Shown here: positions 1-12,132 of the stretch, in pieces
Position numbering within the stretch: position 1 is the first letter of the stretch
Layout of the letters: every line of letters starts with the position of its first letter
NCBI GenBank assembly: GCA_963514005.1
Contig: OY740799.1
Span: 17,050,001 to 17,114,000 of the forward strand
Direction of reading: 5' to 3'
Source: Raja brachyura
Lineage: Eukaryota
DNA length: 64,000 nucleotides
Translations under genes and position numbers: made by a program
The notes under the pieces: generated by a model
Seen by the model: the letters and a program-made list of their open reading frames with translations, nothing else
Told to the model about the DNA's origin: nothing
The model's database searches: none

Positions 1-1562
1 ACAAAAGTAAATGTATTTTATTGCGATTTTATGTGATAGACCAACACAAAGTGGTGCATAATTGTGAAGTGGAAGGAAAATGACACATGGTTTTCAATTT
101 TTTTTACAAATAAAAAACTGAAAAGTGTGGCGTGCAAAAGTATTCAGCTCTGATCTTTACTCTGATACCCCTAAATAAAATCCAGTGCAACCAATTGCCT
201 TCAGAAGTCACCTAATTAGTAAATAGAGTCCACTTGTGTGTAATTTAATCTCAGTATAAATACAGCTGTTCTGTGAAGGCCTCAGAGGTTTGTTAGAGAA
301 CATTAGTGAACAAACAGCATCATGAAGCCCAAGGAACACACCAGACAGGTCAGGGATAAAGTTGTGGAGAATTTTAAAGCAGGGTTAGGTTATAAAAAAT
401 ATCACAAGCTTTGAACTTCTCACGGAGCACTGTTCAATCCATCATCCGAAAATGGAAAGAGTATGGCACAACTGCCAACCCACCAAGACATAGCCGTCCA
501 CCTAAACTGACAGGCCGGGCAAGGAGAGCATTGATCAGAGAAGCAGCAAAGAGGCCCATGGTAACTCTGGAGGAGCTGCAGAGATCCACAGCTTAGGTGG
601 GAGAATCTGTCCACAGGACAACTATTAGTCATGCACTGCACAAATTGGGCCTTTATGGAAGAGTGGCAAGAAGAAGAGTGGCCATTGTTGAAACAAAGCC
701 ATAAGAAGTCCCGTTTGCAGTTTGCCACAAGCCATGTGGGGGACACAGCAAACATGTGGAGGAAGGTGCTCTGGTCTGATGAGGCCAAAATTGAAGTGTT
801 TGGCCTAAATGCAAAACGCTATGTGTGGCGGAAAACTAACACTGCACATCACCCTGAACACACCATCCGCACTGTGAAACATGATGGTGGCAGCATCATA
901 CTGTGGCGATGCTTTTCTTAGGCAGGGACAGGGAAGCTGGTCAGAGTTGATGGGAAGATGGATGGAGCCAAATACAGGACAATCTTGGAAGAAAACCTGT
1001 TGGAGTCTGCAAAAGACTTGAGACTGGAGCGGAGGTTCACCTTCCAGCAGGACAACAACCCGAAACATACAGCCAGAGCTACAATTAAATGGTTTAGATC
1101 AAAGCATATTCATGTGTTAGAATGGCCCAGTCAAAGTCCAGACCTAAATCCAATTGAGAATCTCTGGCAAGACTTGAAAATTGCTGTTCACAGATGCTCT
1201 CCATCCAATCTGACTGAGCTTGAGCTATTTTGCAAAGAAGAATGGGCAAAAATTTCAGTCTCTAGATGTGCAAAGCTGGTAGAGATGTACCCCAAAAGAC
1301 TTGCAGCTGTAATTGCAGCAAAAGGTGGTTCTACAAAGTATTGACTCAGGGGGACTGATTACTTTTGCATGCCATACCTTTCAGTTTTTTATTTGTAATA
1401 AAATTTGGAAACCATGTATCATTTTCCTTCCACTTCACAATTATGCACCAGTTTGTGTTGGTCTATCACATAAAATCCCAATAAAATACATTTACGTTTG
1501 TGGTTGTAGCGTGACAAAATGTGGAAAAGTTCAAGGGGTATGAAAACTTTTGCAAGCCACTG
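1..1562 (+). mobile_element. Tc1/mariner DNA transposon (IR/DR type, Passport-like), left end cut by the window edge
   Basis: Bases 1-148 are the reverse complement of part of the right TIR (~1354-1562). The element ends ...gcaagccactg followed by TA (1563-1564). Internal direct-repeat motif TGCAAAAGT(A/T)TTCA occurs at both ends of the TIR, and a transposase remnant lies between the TIRs. Confidence 0.95.
322..1344 (+). pseudogene. Inactivated Tc1 DD34E transposase
   Basis: ATG at 322 (MKPKEHTRQVRDKVVE). HTH region RSTVQSIIRKWKEYG, then WSDE, FQQD and SPDLNPIE, with exactly 34 residues between the second D and E; C-terminus KGGSTKY*. Disrupted by a frameshift near 395, TAG at 594-596, an indel near 675 and TAG at 919-921. 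Confidence 0.93.
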
Positions 1563-3285
1563 TAGATGATCAGTTGGATGCAAGGAATTGTTCCTGAGTT
1601 TGGGAATGTCTTTCAAAGAATCACCAGTCTGGATTTTACGTCAAGTGTTAAAGGGGACACATCCAACTGTGAGCTGGGAATGTCCCATTAATTACAGGTA
1701 CTACGACCTTCATATCATGGGATACAGGAGGACACAACCTGGTTAATTAGCACTATTACTGCTCCAGGGTTTGCAAGTCTGTTTCGTCACACATTTTATT
1801 AGATGCGACTTAATCCAATTGCACATTTGCCAATAGCCCCTGTCACCTGATTACACCCTCCAATATAGAAAAAGGTTACATTTTTAATAGCAGCCTCTCG
1901 CTAAATCTAGTCTTGGCTCTCAGAAATTTTAAAAAGACAGCTCCTGCCAATTGGTGGCTGGGAAGTTTCATATCATCCACTGTGAAAATGATTGGCAGGA
2001 TGAAGAATGTAAAACATCACCAAACTGAAATTAAAACTAGATGTGGGGACAGTGCAGAGCACAAGAATCCAATAGACACAGCAGAATATTGAGGAACATA
2101 GAGGGGTGTTGGGGAACATATGGCAAAATACCTCATAGATTTAGAGATGGAATTCCACAGTCAAGAGCTTTGAGCACAGCAAACTATAGCCCCTTAGTTT
2201 AAACATGCCATTGCAAGATGACAGATTTGGATGATCAGAGATCTCAGAGCGGTACTTAAGTATGATGGGTGAGACCATGGAATGATTAGAAATTAAGTAT
2301 AACATTACAAATTCCAGCATTGCCACATCTTGAACTGATGGACAAATGGATGGATGCATTATTTTATTTTACTTCCTGATTTGAGAAAATCACCAAATCC
2401 TGTCATTCTTTATTTTCCTTGAGAAACTGCCTCTTAAAACTGTAACTTATGGAAGATGTCAGGTAAACAGCACCAAAATGTTAATACATTTCCAAGCGGG
2501 GTTAGTGTATGGCTGTTGTCTGGATGGGTGATAACCTTGCCTGAGAGAAATATAGAAGTGATCTCTCAGTGTGCTTAAAGCTCTTTGTCTTCTAAGTGGG
2601 GAAAGTCCGTATGCTTGGTGTGGTGTTGTTGCAAAAACAGTCGGGGGGACGGGGGGAGAGGAATAGTGAATATTTAGTACGGTGGATAAAGAACAATAAA
2701 ATGTTCCGTTTGTTGTCAAACTTGATTAGTGTTCTCAGTATTGTATTGGCATTGTGTCGATTATTATATAGCCTTGTACATCATAGATGGTGGAAATGGC
2801 AAGGTGAACCGCTTCCTACATATTATCCTGTCTTTGCCCTGTTCTATAGCAAAAATATTGTGTAATGAACGATAAAGTTCAGATTCTAATTAGGACGCCC
2901 TACTATTCTCCAACAGTTTCCAGAGAAATTTGACAATAGAACTATCAATAAATATCAAAAAGCGTGATATTTAGATTCTCTCTTGGTTGAGACAGAATCT
3001 GTCTGGAACTTGTGCAATAATGCAACTTGTCTTTTTTTTTGTAACAACAAACATGAATAATATTCAGGCACTATTTCCTGCTTTGGATAAGCTGATGTTT
3101 ACAAGGTGCAAGATGGGCTGTTCGATGTTCATTAAGAGGGCATTGGAACATTCAAGTGAACATGGTCCAATTAAACACGGCAAATGTAAAAGCAGGAGAA
3201 AAAGTAAGCTGTAAAAAAAGCAATAAGGATATAGTTTTCTGTACAAAATCAGAAACCCATGACAAAAAGCAACCTCCAATGGTAG

Positions 3286-3295
3286 TTTATTTATT
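3286..3295 (-). terminator. Probable ATP6V1F polyadenylation signal (two overlapping AATAAA)
   Basis: tttatttatt on + reads AATAAATAAA on -, ~690 nt past the stop codon, followed by T/GT-rich sequence on the minus strand. Confidence 0.55.
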
Positions 3296-3983
3296 GACAT
3301 AATAATCAGGGACAAGCAACATCATAAATATGCAATGTGAAGACGAGCTAGGACCAGATCAGAACCACATTCAGCTTCTGTTAAAACTAGCACAAACTGG
3401 GACCTGGGCAACACTGAATTTTCAGCACAAACAATCCTGTTTAGTGCCATCCAATAAAATACTAACCCAACTGAGAGCTTGGAGCTTGTGCCCATCCTAT
3501 CCGCCTGAGCAGCAGTGTTTTCTGCACTATCACAACTCAGCAGACAATAATTATTATCTTTAATTACAGTGTTTAAAAATGTCTACCTTGTTCCCCACTC
3601 TCTCAGATAGGCACAGCACGGAGCAATTTGAAATATCAATAGTTAGTACAAGATTAATTTACGCCAGGACAGGCACAGTGCCAGTTACAGCCTAGAGTTG
3701 CACCTTAAACAATTCCATCAAATACTCCCAAGTACAGAATTGAATGGAAATTAAATCATACACAAATTTGTAATGGGTAAAAGGTCACTAAATGGTGGGT
3801 TGGGATCACGTATACACAGTGGGAGTGGGGATTGCTTGCTGCAATGTCTGGCTAGGATTTGACAGCAGAGGAATCAGTACTCTGCACGTTGGACCAGAGG
3901 AATCAACACTCTGTACAACATACAATAAAACAACACAATGACAGAACTCAACGGCGACGCATGACTAGCACTGCATAGTCTAT

Positions 3984-4185
3984 CTACCGGAAGTCATCAG
4001 TACTGAACATTCCCTTAGCACGCCGCAGGATGGAGTCTTTAGAAGCATCATATGGGTGCTCCTTCGATGGGATCTCCAGCACAGCAGGAATCGATAATGT
4101 ATGTGCATCAATGACGTGACGAATCATCTCCGCAATGTATTGATTGATCAGAATTATCCCAATGTCATCACGATTCAAGAAACTT
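3984..4185 (-). CDS. ATP6V1F: V-type proton ATPase subunit F, coding exon 2
   Basis: Acceptor tttacag|A at 4185. Encodes [66 protein letters not shown]; 202 nt. Confidence 0.97.
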
Positions 4186-5689
4186 CTGTAAAGAAAATCA
4201 GAAAGGCTTATTCCAAGCTCCTGGCAAAATTGCAGGATCGGCATCGTAATAATGTCAACAGCATAGATTCTGTCAGCCTTCACAGAATCCTGGAGGTAGC
4301 CTCAAAGCCCAATCATTCAGCACTGAACTCAGGCTGGCTATAGATGCCTCCATTGCTTCTAGAAATTTAGCTGAATTATTCTGGGATTATTTCTGGGCAC
4401 AGGACAGGAGGCGGTGAAGGAAGAGAGTGTAAGTGAAGCCCACCTTCTGGTGTTGAGGTCAGGACAGGGAAAGAAAGTCAAGGCACCCACAGGACAGGAG
4501 GAGATAAGCTAACCCAAGCTGAGGAGCCGGCTGAGTGAATGAAATAGGGAGGACACACTGAATTGAACTTCCTGAGCAAAAGGAGGACTCACTTCCTTAA
4601 ACAAACGCTTGGCCCCACTTTCAGAATTCCCCGCACGTACTGAAAGATTTCACAATGTATCTGACGCCTATACAGGAGGCAAACCCAGAACTGTGGCCAT
4701 CTTAGCTGCTACTCTCACACAAGGTCCACAGTGGAAAGAAAGGGGAAATAGCTAGGACATGGCACAGTGTTGGCTCACCAGCAGCACCTCGCACTATGTC
4801 ATTCGGGATTGCATACATAAAACTCCCATGGGAGTAATCAGGCTCATAGAAAATTTACAACTCAGATCTACCCAATCTAATCTCACCTTCCAGCACTCAC
4901 CCTGAAGGTCATGGCTCTTCAAGTACATATCCAAATACTTTTTAAATATGAAGGTTTCTATTTCTACCACCCTTCTAGATTATGAGTTCCAGACTCCTTC
5001 CAATCTCAAGGTGAAAAATCTTCATATTTTCTTTAACCCTCCCACCAATTTTAATGTATCTCTGCTAAACAAAATGAGCTGTAATTATTCTATCTAGGCT
5101 CATCAATTTTATGCCCACCAATGAACATATCTTGGAGATATGGAGAGCAACCTATTTGCATTTTTAACAACCCCAGCCGTTATCAAGTAACTGAATCATC
5201 CTACCACAACGAGAGCAGTTCTGAACTACTATCTAACTCATTGGCGACTATCTTTGATCCGACTTTTCTGGCTTTACCTTGCACTCTTTACCTTTTCACT
5301 CAAGTGTCTAAATTGCACATCTGAAGAGTTCCTCCTCACTCTCAACGACATAGCGAGTTGTTGTATCATCTACCAACATGTCTTTTATACTTAAATATTA
5401 ATTATTAATTTATGTAATAAAAAACATGAGACGAAGTACTATAGTACATCACAAAATGTACATCACAAAATCTATCAATCTTTGCTTTAAGCTAGTGAGC
5501 TCCAGGATCCAGTTTTAGAAAATCACGCCAGGATTCACTTTCCTTGCATCTCGCCCAATCCAAATCCACAATTTTCAGATTAGACTAAACCCCTTCTGCT
5601 CCAGACCACAGGCAGATGTCCAGACCTGGAAAAATATCAGACTGGAACGCCAAATACAATATATGCATAGCAAGCTTGCACAAAATAGA

Positions 5690-6245
5690 GGGTGACAATG
5701 ATCAGGGTCCCGATCCCGTCCCCCCGGGTCCCTCTTCCCTGGCAGCTGGTCCCGGGTCGCTGGTCCCCGGCCCGGTTCCCATCCATCAAGCGCAGCCGCC
5801 CTCACTTGAAAGTCTCCTCGATTTCCGCCACGCTCGTCTCTTTCTCCACCACCAGAAAGTTGGGCCTGCGGTTCTTGTTGAGCTCGCCTATGCCGCCGAG
5901 CAGGAATCCGGTGCAGGTGTCCTCGTCCCCCAGCACTGCGATCAGTTTGCCCCGGCCCGCCATCGCTCACGCCTGCGCAGTGCCCCTGGTCAGGCGGACC
6001 CCGGCCTCAGGCGACGTCATCCGTCAACTGCCCCAGTACTGAGCATGCGCGTGAAGCCACGCCCCTCGTTGCCTTTACCCGTGACGTCTGTGCCCCAGCA
6101 CTGAGCATGCGCAGAGAGCCACGCCCCCCCTTGTTACCGTTACCCGGGACGCCAGTGCCCCAGTGCCGAGCATGCGCAGTGAGCCCCGCGCCATCCGAGC
6201 AAGCCAGTGAACGAACGCACGCGGAGAGAACACACTCGACGTCCT
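5690..6245 (-). promoter_or_regulatory. CpG island / TATA-less promoter of ATP6V1F
   Basis: GC- and CpG-rich tract over exon 1 and upstream. Contains NRF1-like GAGCATGCGC x3, Sp/KLF GCCACGCCC x2 and CRE-like GACGTC motifs. Confidence 0.8.
5806..5963 (-). CDS. ATP6V1F: V-type proton ATPase subunit F, coding exon 1
   Basis: ATG at 5963-5961. Encodes [52 protein letters not shown]; donor AA|gtgag (phase 2). 158+202 = 360 nt = 119 aa plus stop. Confidence 0.97.
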
Positions 6246-7064
6246 CATCAAAGATTATAGCTCCTCTATAATCTTTGGTCCTCACTGAGGACAGAAACAT
6301 GGGCGCAGGTTGGAAGTTGGGTTGCACAGCCACCCTGACCCGTCTGCAGTCATAACCATTTCTGGAGCAGCAACACCATCCTGGCACCTGCCACCCTTCT
6401 GGACCTACGGTCAGGTAACTGGCGTTCTGCTGCAATGTTGCCTCAGTTTAGCCCTCTCCATTAGCACAGCCCGACCTGCAGGGAATTGAGGGTGAGGGGA
6501 ATTGGTATTGGAGGAGTTGAGGCTGGTGTGGATCAACCATGATCTAATTCATTAGTAGGAAACGCTTTAATGGTTTGGTTGGCCAACATCTGGCAATATT
6601 TCCCAGCCATTAACCCATTGAAGGCTACCTGCCAGCCTTACTGCCATCAAATAACTCCGTCATATCCATTACCCCGTCTGCTGTCTCGGCAACTTATTCC
6701 CCCCCCCCCAGTTCTCACAAAGGGTCTGAAACATTAATTCTATTTCTCTGCCCTACCAGCAGTTTCTGTTTTGTTTTCTATTTATATTATATTATATACT
6801 TAGAAACATAGAAAATAGGTGCACGAGGAGGCCATTTGGCCCTTCGAGCCAAATACTTATGTATGTACTGTGGTTCAATTCAGTGTGTATTGCTAATCCT
6901 GAATGTAAGATGGTGCTGGAATGCCATATTTAAGAAGCAGTGGCAGACCAATGCCTGTGCTGACCATGATGCCAAAATCAAACTGCACATCTGCCTGGAC
7001 AGTCAATTCCCTGTCTGTTATTATGTTTGTTTAAATACGCTCTAAGTGTTGCTACTATATTTAA

Positions 7065-8480
7065 ATGTATAAGGCATGATAAGTAATTTTGCAGATGACA
7101 CTAAAATATGTGGTATTGTTGACAATGAAAAATATTATCTAGAAATACAGCAGTATCTTGATCAGCTGGGGAATGGCAAGTGGAGTTTAATTCAGATGAG
7201 TGTGAGGTACTGCCTTTTTGGAAGTCAAACCAGGCCAGGGCCTTCAAATGAATGGTAGGATCCGGGGGAGTGTTGTTGAGCAGAGGGATTTACGAGTACA
7301 AGTATATAGTTCCTTGAAAGTGGCATCACTTATAAGCTAGTTCTGTATTCCGAAAAACGCAAGGAATCATGGGATTTGCCAAAGGTTATTCGCCATAAAG
7401 AAAAAGCAAATGAAGCACTGGGTGTATAAACTGTATAAAATCTTATCTCTATTCATAATTTATGTGTAAAAATATATTTACTCTGAGGAACATGGGTGCC
7501 AGGTAGCGGGAGAGCGGGGTGTAACAGCGAGAGAGAGGGGGCAGATGCGCGCCTCATCCACAGCCAGGATCAAATCTGGGTCCCCGGCGCGTCATGCGCT
7601 ACCGAACCGCCACTAGACCACCCACCCTGGAGATGCCCGGGGCGACCCGAATCTACAGGACACCGGCGGCCCCAGGCCCACAACCAACACGAAAAAGAAT
7701 CGCCAACTCCAATCCAACCTCGCTCCCCAACGGGCCGGGGACCATCAGCCATACCCCCCACCCCATCCAGCAGTCGCCAGCCAACCCCCTCGGCGCCGGC
7801 GAAAGCCGAGTACCAGCCATCAACAGGGACACACACAAAGCGCTGCAGCAACTCAACTGGATAGGCAGCATCCCCGGAGAAAAGGAATGGGTGGCGTTTC
7901 GGGTCGAGACCGTTCTCCAGAGATTTTGCCTGACCCGCAGAGCCACCGCAGCACCCCATGTGTATAACCGCCGATGACCGGTGCTCAGCCCCTGCCGGCA
8001 TTGAGAGGGCCAACCGACAGTCACTGGACAAGGAGAGAGGCGCAGCAGATGGTCCCCGGCCCATCGGGGAATGCCCCCCCCCCCCATGAGCCGGAGCAGA
8101 GTTGAGCTGGAGCCAGCGTCTCCCTCCCACGCCGGCTGCAAGCCTGGGCCGGCGCCCCGCCCCCACGCAGCAACACGATCTTGCTTACTCACCGAAGCAT
8201 AAAGCAATAAAGATGACAAAATCATCGTAGCTTTGTACAAAGGAACAATAAATACAACTAATTCATAATTTGAAAGCAGTATTTTCTTACCGAGAAGAAT
8301 CAAAGATGAAATGAAGGTTCAGCTACCAACGAGTGACCTATGACCTGGGCATGCGTAGTCCGGATACCGAACTCGCTTATTGAAAGGGTGGTGAAGCTTT
8401 TATCATGCTGACCTTCACCCAATAGGGAATTGCCTATCATAATTGGGATGCTATGTTCATGTTATAAGAGCATAATTAGG
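7065..8480 (+). mobile_element. Decayed CR1-type LINE RT fragment, split by the insertion at 7332-8380
   Basis: ORF 7076 reads ISNFADDTKICG (RT FADD motif). The LINE sequence resumes after 8380 (gaaagggtggtgaag...). Confidence 0.8.
7332..8380. mobile_element. Non-autonomous element with ~20-bp imperfect TIRs and a GC-rich core (unclassified)
   Basis: Left end ataagctagttctgtattccg matches the reverse complement of the right end, ataagcgagttcggtatccg. It interrupts a CR1 fragment. Confidence 0.65.
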
Positions 8481-8916
8481 GCCGTTCGGCCCATCGAGTC
8501 TACTCTCCTATTCAATCAGGGGTGATCTATCTAATCGCTCTCAATCCCATTTTCCTACCTGAAGATTTTTCACAAAGTGCAGATTTTTTTAATTTCAAAG
8601 ACCGTAACGAGGTAGATTGGAAGATCGGGAAGTCATCATTAGTACATGAGAGGTCCTTTCAAGAGTCTGATAACAGCAGGGAAGAAGCTGTTCTTGAATT
8701 ATTCATTGTCCAGAAGGCTGCAGTGTACTTATGGGGAATCAGGTGTTGTTCCTTCAACTTTTATTAAACTTTAACTAGTTTAAGAAATAAAACTTGGCAT
8801 TTTGAATCTACTCCATCATTCATCACGACTGCTCTTCTGCCTTAATCCCATTTTCCTGCACTTTGCCTATGATTCCCTTAATATATAGAAATATATTTTG
8901 AATTAACTCAGCACCG

Positions 8917-9633
8917 TGTTAAGGTTCATTTCTTAAAACAGACAACTCACAATCATTTAGATAAAGCAACACAAGCTTTACTGATCATTTAGCCGGCGAG
9001 AGTGCCGGGGATACAAAGCCAAGTATGCAACAGATACTTAACCCCCTTCTGGGCCATCACTCTAATGAACAAAGTCATACAGTATCTTTCTATAGTATTT
9101 TGGAAACATAGTCACATATTTATACAGCAATGGTGTTTAACACAAATAAATCACAGAGTATACCCATTCAAAGCATTCTTGTCACTAACACAATACCCTT
9201 GTCATCCTGTGCTTCTATCAATCATAATCTGTTGATCACAAACATCGAAACAGGAATTTAGTCAAAGCCCAACATTTACAATTCTGTCTTAACAGTGTAA
9301 TCTTCGATTGTCAGCTACCAACCAGAAGTTCTTCTTTATAGAACCCTCACTCCAAAGGAGATGCATTCTCTCTCAAGGCTTCTGTTTACAGAAACTAGAA
9401 CCTTCTCAGGAAGTACGTCCTCTCCCACCATTGTCAATATATTTTGCTTGGGCACAACAGGAAGCAGCTTGAATGCAATTTGAATGCTGCCTCCAATTTC
9501 CTGATCGCCCAGCTCTTCTACAGCACAGAATTTCAAAGCTTCAGTTTACTCAAAACCCAAAGAGGTCAAATTAATCTTTACTTAATAAAATACCTTACGT
9601 TATAATTTATATTATATAACTAGGATATTCTCA
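8917..9633 (-). mobile_element. Putative solo LTR (717 bp)
   Basis: TG...CA termini with a 4-bp direct repeat accg at 8913-8916 and 9634-9637. TATAAAG (~9334-9340) and AGTAAA (~8977-8982) on the minus strand. It interrupts a CR1 3' fragment. Confidence 0.55.
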
Positions 9634-9774
9634 ACCGCCTAGCCTTTAGGTATAGGGAATCCCAAAAATTCACCACTCTATTAATGAAGAAATCTCTCTT
9701 AATCTTACCTATATTAGAACATAGAACAGCACAGGTACAGGCTCTCTAGCCCACAATGTCTGTGTTGTACATGT

Positions 9775-10600
9775 CGTGGAACATAAGGCAGAAGAACAGC
9801 TGGAGGTTGTGGTAAACACTGGTACTAACAACATGGGTAGAAAGAGGAATGAGATCCTCCAGAGTGAATATTGGGAATTCAGCCGAAATTCAACCGAGGA
9901 TAGGTCAGCTGAAAGTGTAGCTAAAGAGCTGGTGCCGGAGGGCAGGCTTTGGGTACGTTGATAATTGGGAACCCTTCTGGGTTAGGTGGGATCTCCACAA
10001 TTCAGAGGGATTGTGCCTTAACTGGGATCAATATTCTTTCAGGGAGGAGGGTTCCTGCTGCTCTGGAAAATTTAAATTAATGCAACACCTCGTACCTAAA
10101 TGTATTAATTACTTTTGGCTGCTCCCTCTTCCCCTCGAGAATGTCATGCAGCTGCTCTTATGACATCCTGGACCCTGGCACCAGGGAGGAAACATACCAT
10201 CCTGGAGCCTCGGTTGCTGCCACAGAATCTCCTGTCTGTCCCCTAACGACTAACGAGTTTCCTACTACTGAGAGAAGGAATGGGTGACATTTCGGGTCGA
10301 GACCCGAAACATCATCCATTCCTTCTCACCAGAATGCCTGTCCCGCTGAGTTACTCCAGCATTTTGTGTCTACCTTCGAGTTAAACCAGCATCTGCAGTT
10401 TTTTCCCACACAAGTTTCCTACCACTATGGCTCTGCCCGACATTACCCTTCCCCGCTGTGCCACGGAGCCAGGCTCGGTGCCACATTCAGGGCTACAGAC
10501 CTGACTGCTGCTTACCCTTGGCTGGTCAACCCCCTCAGCAGTACCCAAAAGGGTATGTTTTGAAGAGGAATGACCATAAGGGTAACTTGCACGCTCTACC
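9775..10600. mobile_element. CR1 ORF1 (SGNH esterase-like) fragments in both orientations
   Basis: Plus strand: EQLEVVVNTGTNNMGRKRNEIL. Minus strand ~10150-10270: VVGNSL...TDRRFCG...MVCFLPGARVQDV. Confidence 0.65.
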
Positions 10601-10974
10601 AACCCTTTTCTTTTCTTGTGGCCACCCATCTACTCTCTTCCAATACATTAGAAGTGACCACTTCACTATAACTCCTAATTACGAAGCTCCAGACAATCCC
10701 GAGTCCAGTCCTAAAATAATAGGTCTGTATTTCCACATGAAAGATGTGGAGGATAGAGTTCATGGAGCGATACGTTGATAGTCTGGAACATTTCAGTATG
10801 AGGAAAGTGGAGATGTTAAATATCTTGGAACGCATCAATGTTCTTAAATCCCACGGATAGACAAGATCTATCCCAGGAGGCAGTGGGGAAATAAAGGAGA
10901 GGATTTCTTTGGGGCTCAGGCAGAAATTTCTGCACCTTCAATAGCAATTGGAGTGATACCAGAAGACTGGGTGG

Positions 10975-11600
10975 AAGCAGACGGAGGGAGGGGAATAGTT
11001 GGGTTGAAAAGATAATATGGGTGTCTAATGGGAGGTGAGGATATGGATGAACGGAAAGGATGTCTCAGCTGGTGCGGGACAGTTGGAGGATGGAGGTATT
11101 ACATAAAGTTGGAGAATTCAGTGTTTGTACCATTGGGTTGTAATGTACCCAAGTGGAATAAGAACTGCTTAGTTTAGTTTAGAGTTACACATGGAAACAG
11201 GCCATTAGGCCAACGAACCCAGCACAATTTACAATTTCACCGAGCCAATTAATCTACAAATCTGTACGTCTTTGGAGTGTGGGAGGAAACTGGAGAAAAC
11301 CCATGCAGGTCACGGGGAGAACGTACAAACTCTGTATACACAGCACCCATAGTCAGGATCGAACCCGTGTCTCAGGCGCTGTAAAGCAGCAACTCTTCTG
11401 TGCCACTGTGCTGCCTTCCAGTTCTGTTCTTCCAGTTTGTATCTGGCCTCACTGGTAAGTGGAGGAAGGTTGGTATGGGAACAGGAAGGAGAGTTCAAAT
11501 GGTTAGTATATGGTGATCCAGGAGGGCTAGGCAGACCAAGCACGTGTACTGCTAAATAGTTGTGTAGACTACACCTGGTCTCGCTGATTCAAGAGGCTAT
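10975..11600 (-). mobile_element. Penelope-like retroelement 3' remnant (GIY-YIG C-terminus) with nested SINE
   Basis: Minus-strand reading ...HLNSPSCSHTNL...EARYKLEEQ / LFHLGTLQPNGTNTEFS resembles the C-terminus of vertebrate Penelope endonucleases. Confidence 0.6.
11167..11416 (-). mobile_element. tRNA-derived V-SINE (HE1-like)
   Basis: B-box GGGTTCGATCC, V-domain-like GAGTTTGTACGTTCTCCCCGTGACCTGCATGGGTTTTCTCC, and a (ctaaa)n tail. Confidence 0.8.
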
Positions 11601-12132
11601 ATAGAAACATAGAAAATAGGTGCAGGAGTAGGCCATTCGGCCCTTCGAGCCTGCACCGGCATACAATATAATCATGGCTGATCATCCAACTCAGTATCCC
11701 GTACCTGCCTTCTCTCCATACCCCCTGATCCCTCTAGCCACAAGGGCCACATCTACCTCCCTCTTAAATATAGCCAATTAACTGGCTTCAACTAAGAAGG
11801 TAGAAAATTCCAGAAACTCACCACTGTGTGAAAAATGTTTTTCTCATCTCGGTCCTAAAAATATTCCCCCTTATCCTTAAACTGTGACCCCTTGTTCTGG
11901 ACTTCCCCAACAATGGGAACAATCTTCCTGCATCTAGCCTGTCCAACCCCTTAAGAATTTTGTAAGTTTCTATAAGATCCCCCCTCAATCTTCTAAATTC
12001 CAGCGAGTACAAGCCAAGTCTATCCAGTCTTTCTTCATATGAAAGTCCTGACATCCCAGGAATCAGTCTGGTGAACCTTCTCTGTACTCCATCTATGGCA
12101 ATAATGTCTTTCCTCAGATTTGGAGACCAAAT
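11600..12132 (-). mobile_element. CR1/HER1 LINE 3' end
   Basis: ORF WSPNLRKDI...VQRRFTRLIPG...RLGLYSLEFRRLRGDLIETYKI, plus 3' tail CCTGCACCTATTTTCTATGTTTCTA. Confidence 0.9.

Noticed and set aside
2662-2906. Possible small TIR element (aatagt...actatt)
   Set aside because: The inverted match is only 6-7 bp, which is expected by chance.
4186-4283. N-terminal extension of the 99-aa ATP6V1F ORF
   Set aside because: Intronic: the splice acceptor at 4186-4187 gives the canonical 119-aa protein.
5575-6435. Several 116-162 aa ORFs around ATP6V1F exon 1
   Set aside because: Artefacts of the stop-poor CpG island; the real frame starts at 5963 and splices at 5806.
7496-8303. Overlapping 120-216 aa ORFs on both strands
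   Set aside because: Low-complexity G/P/A/R translations of a GC-rich repeat core that runs through a nested short repeat; no domain or splice structure.
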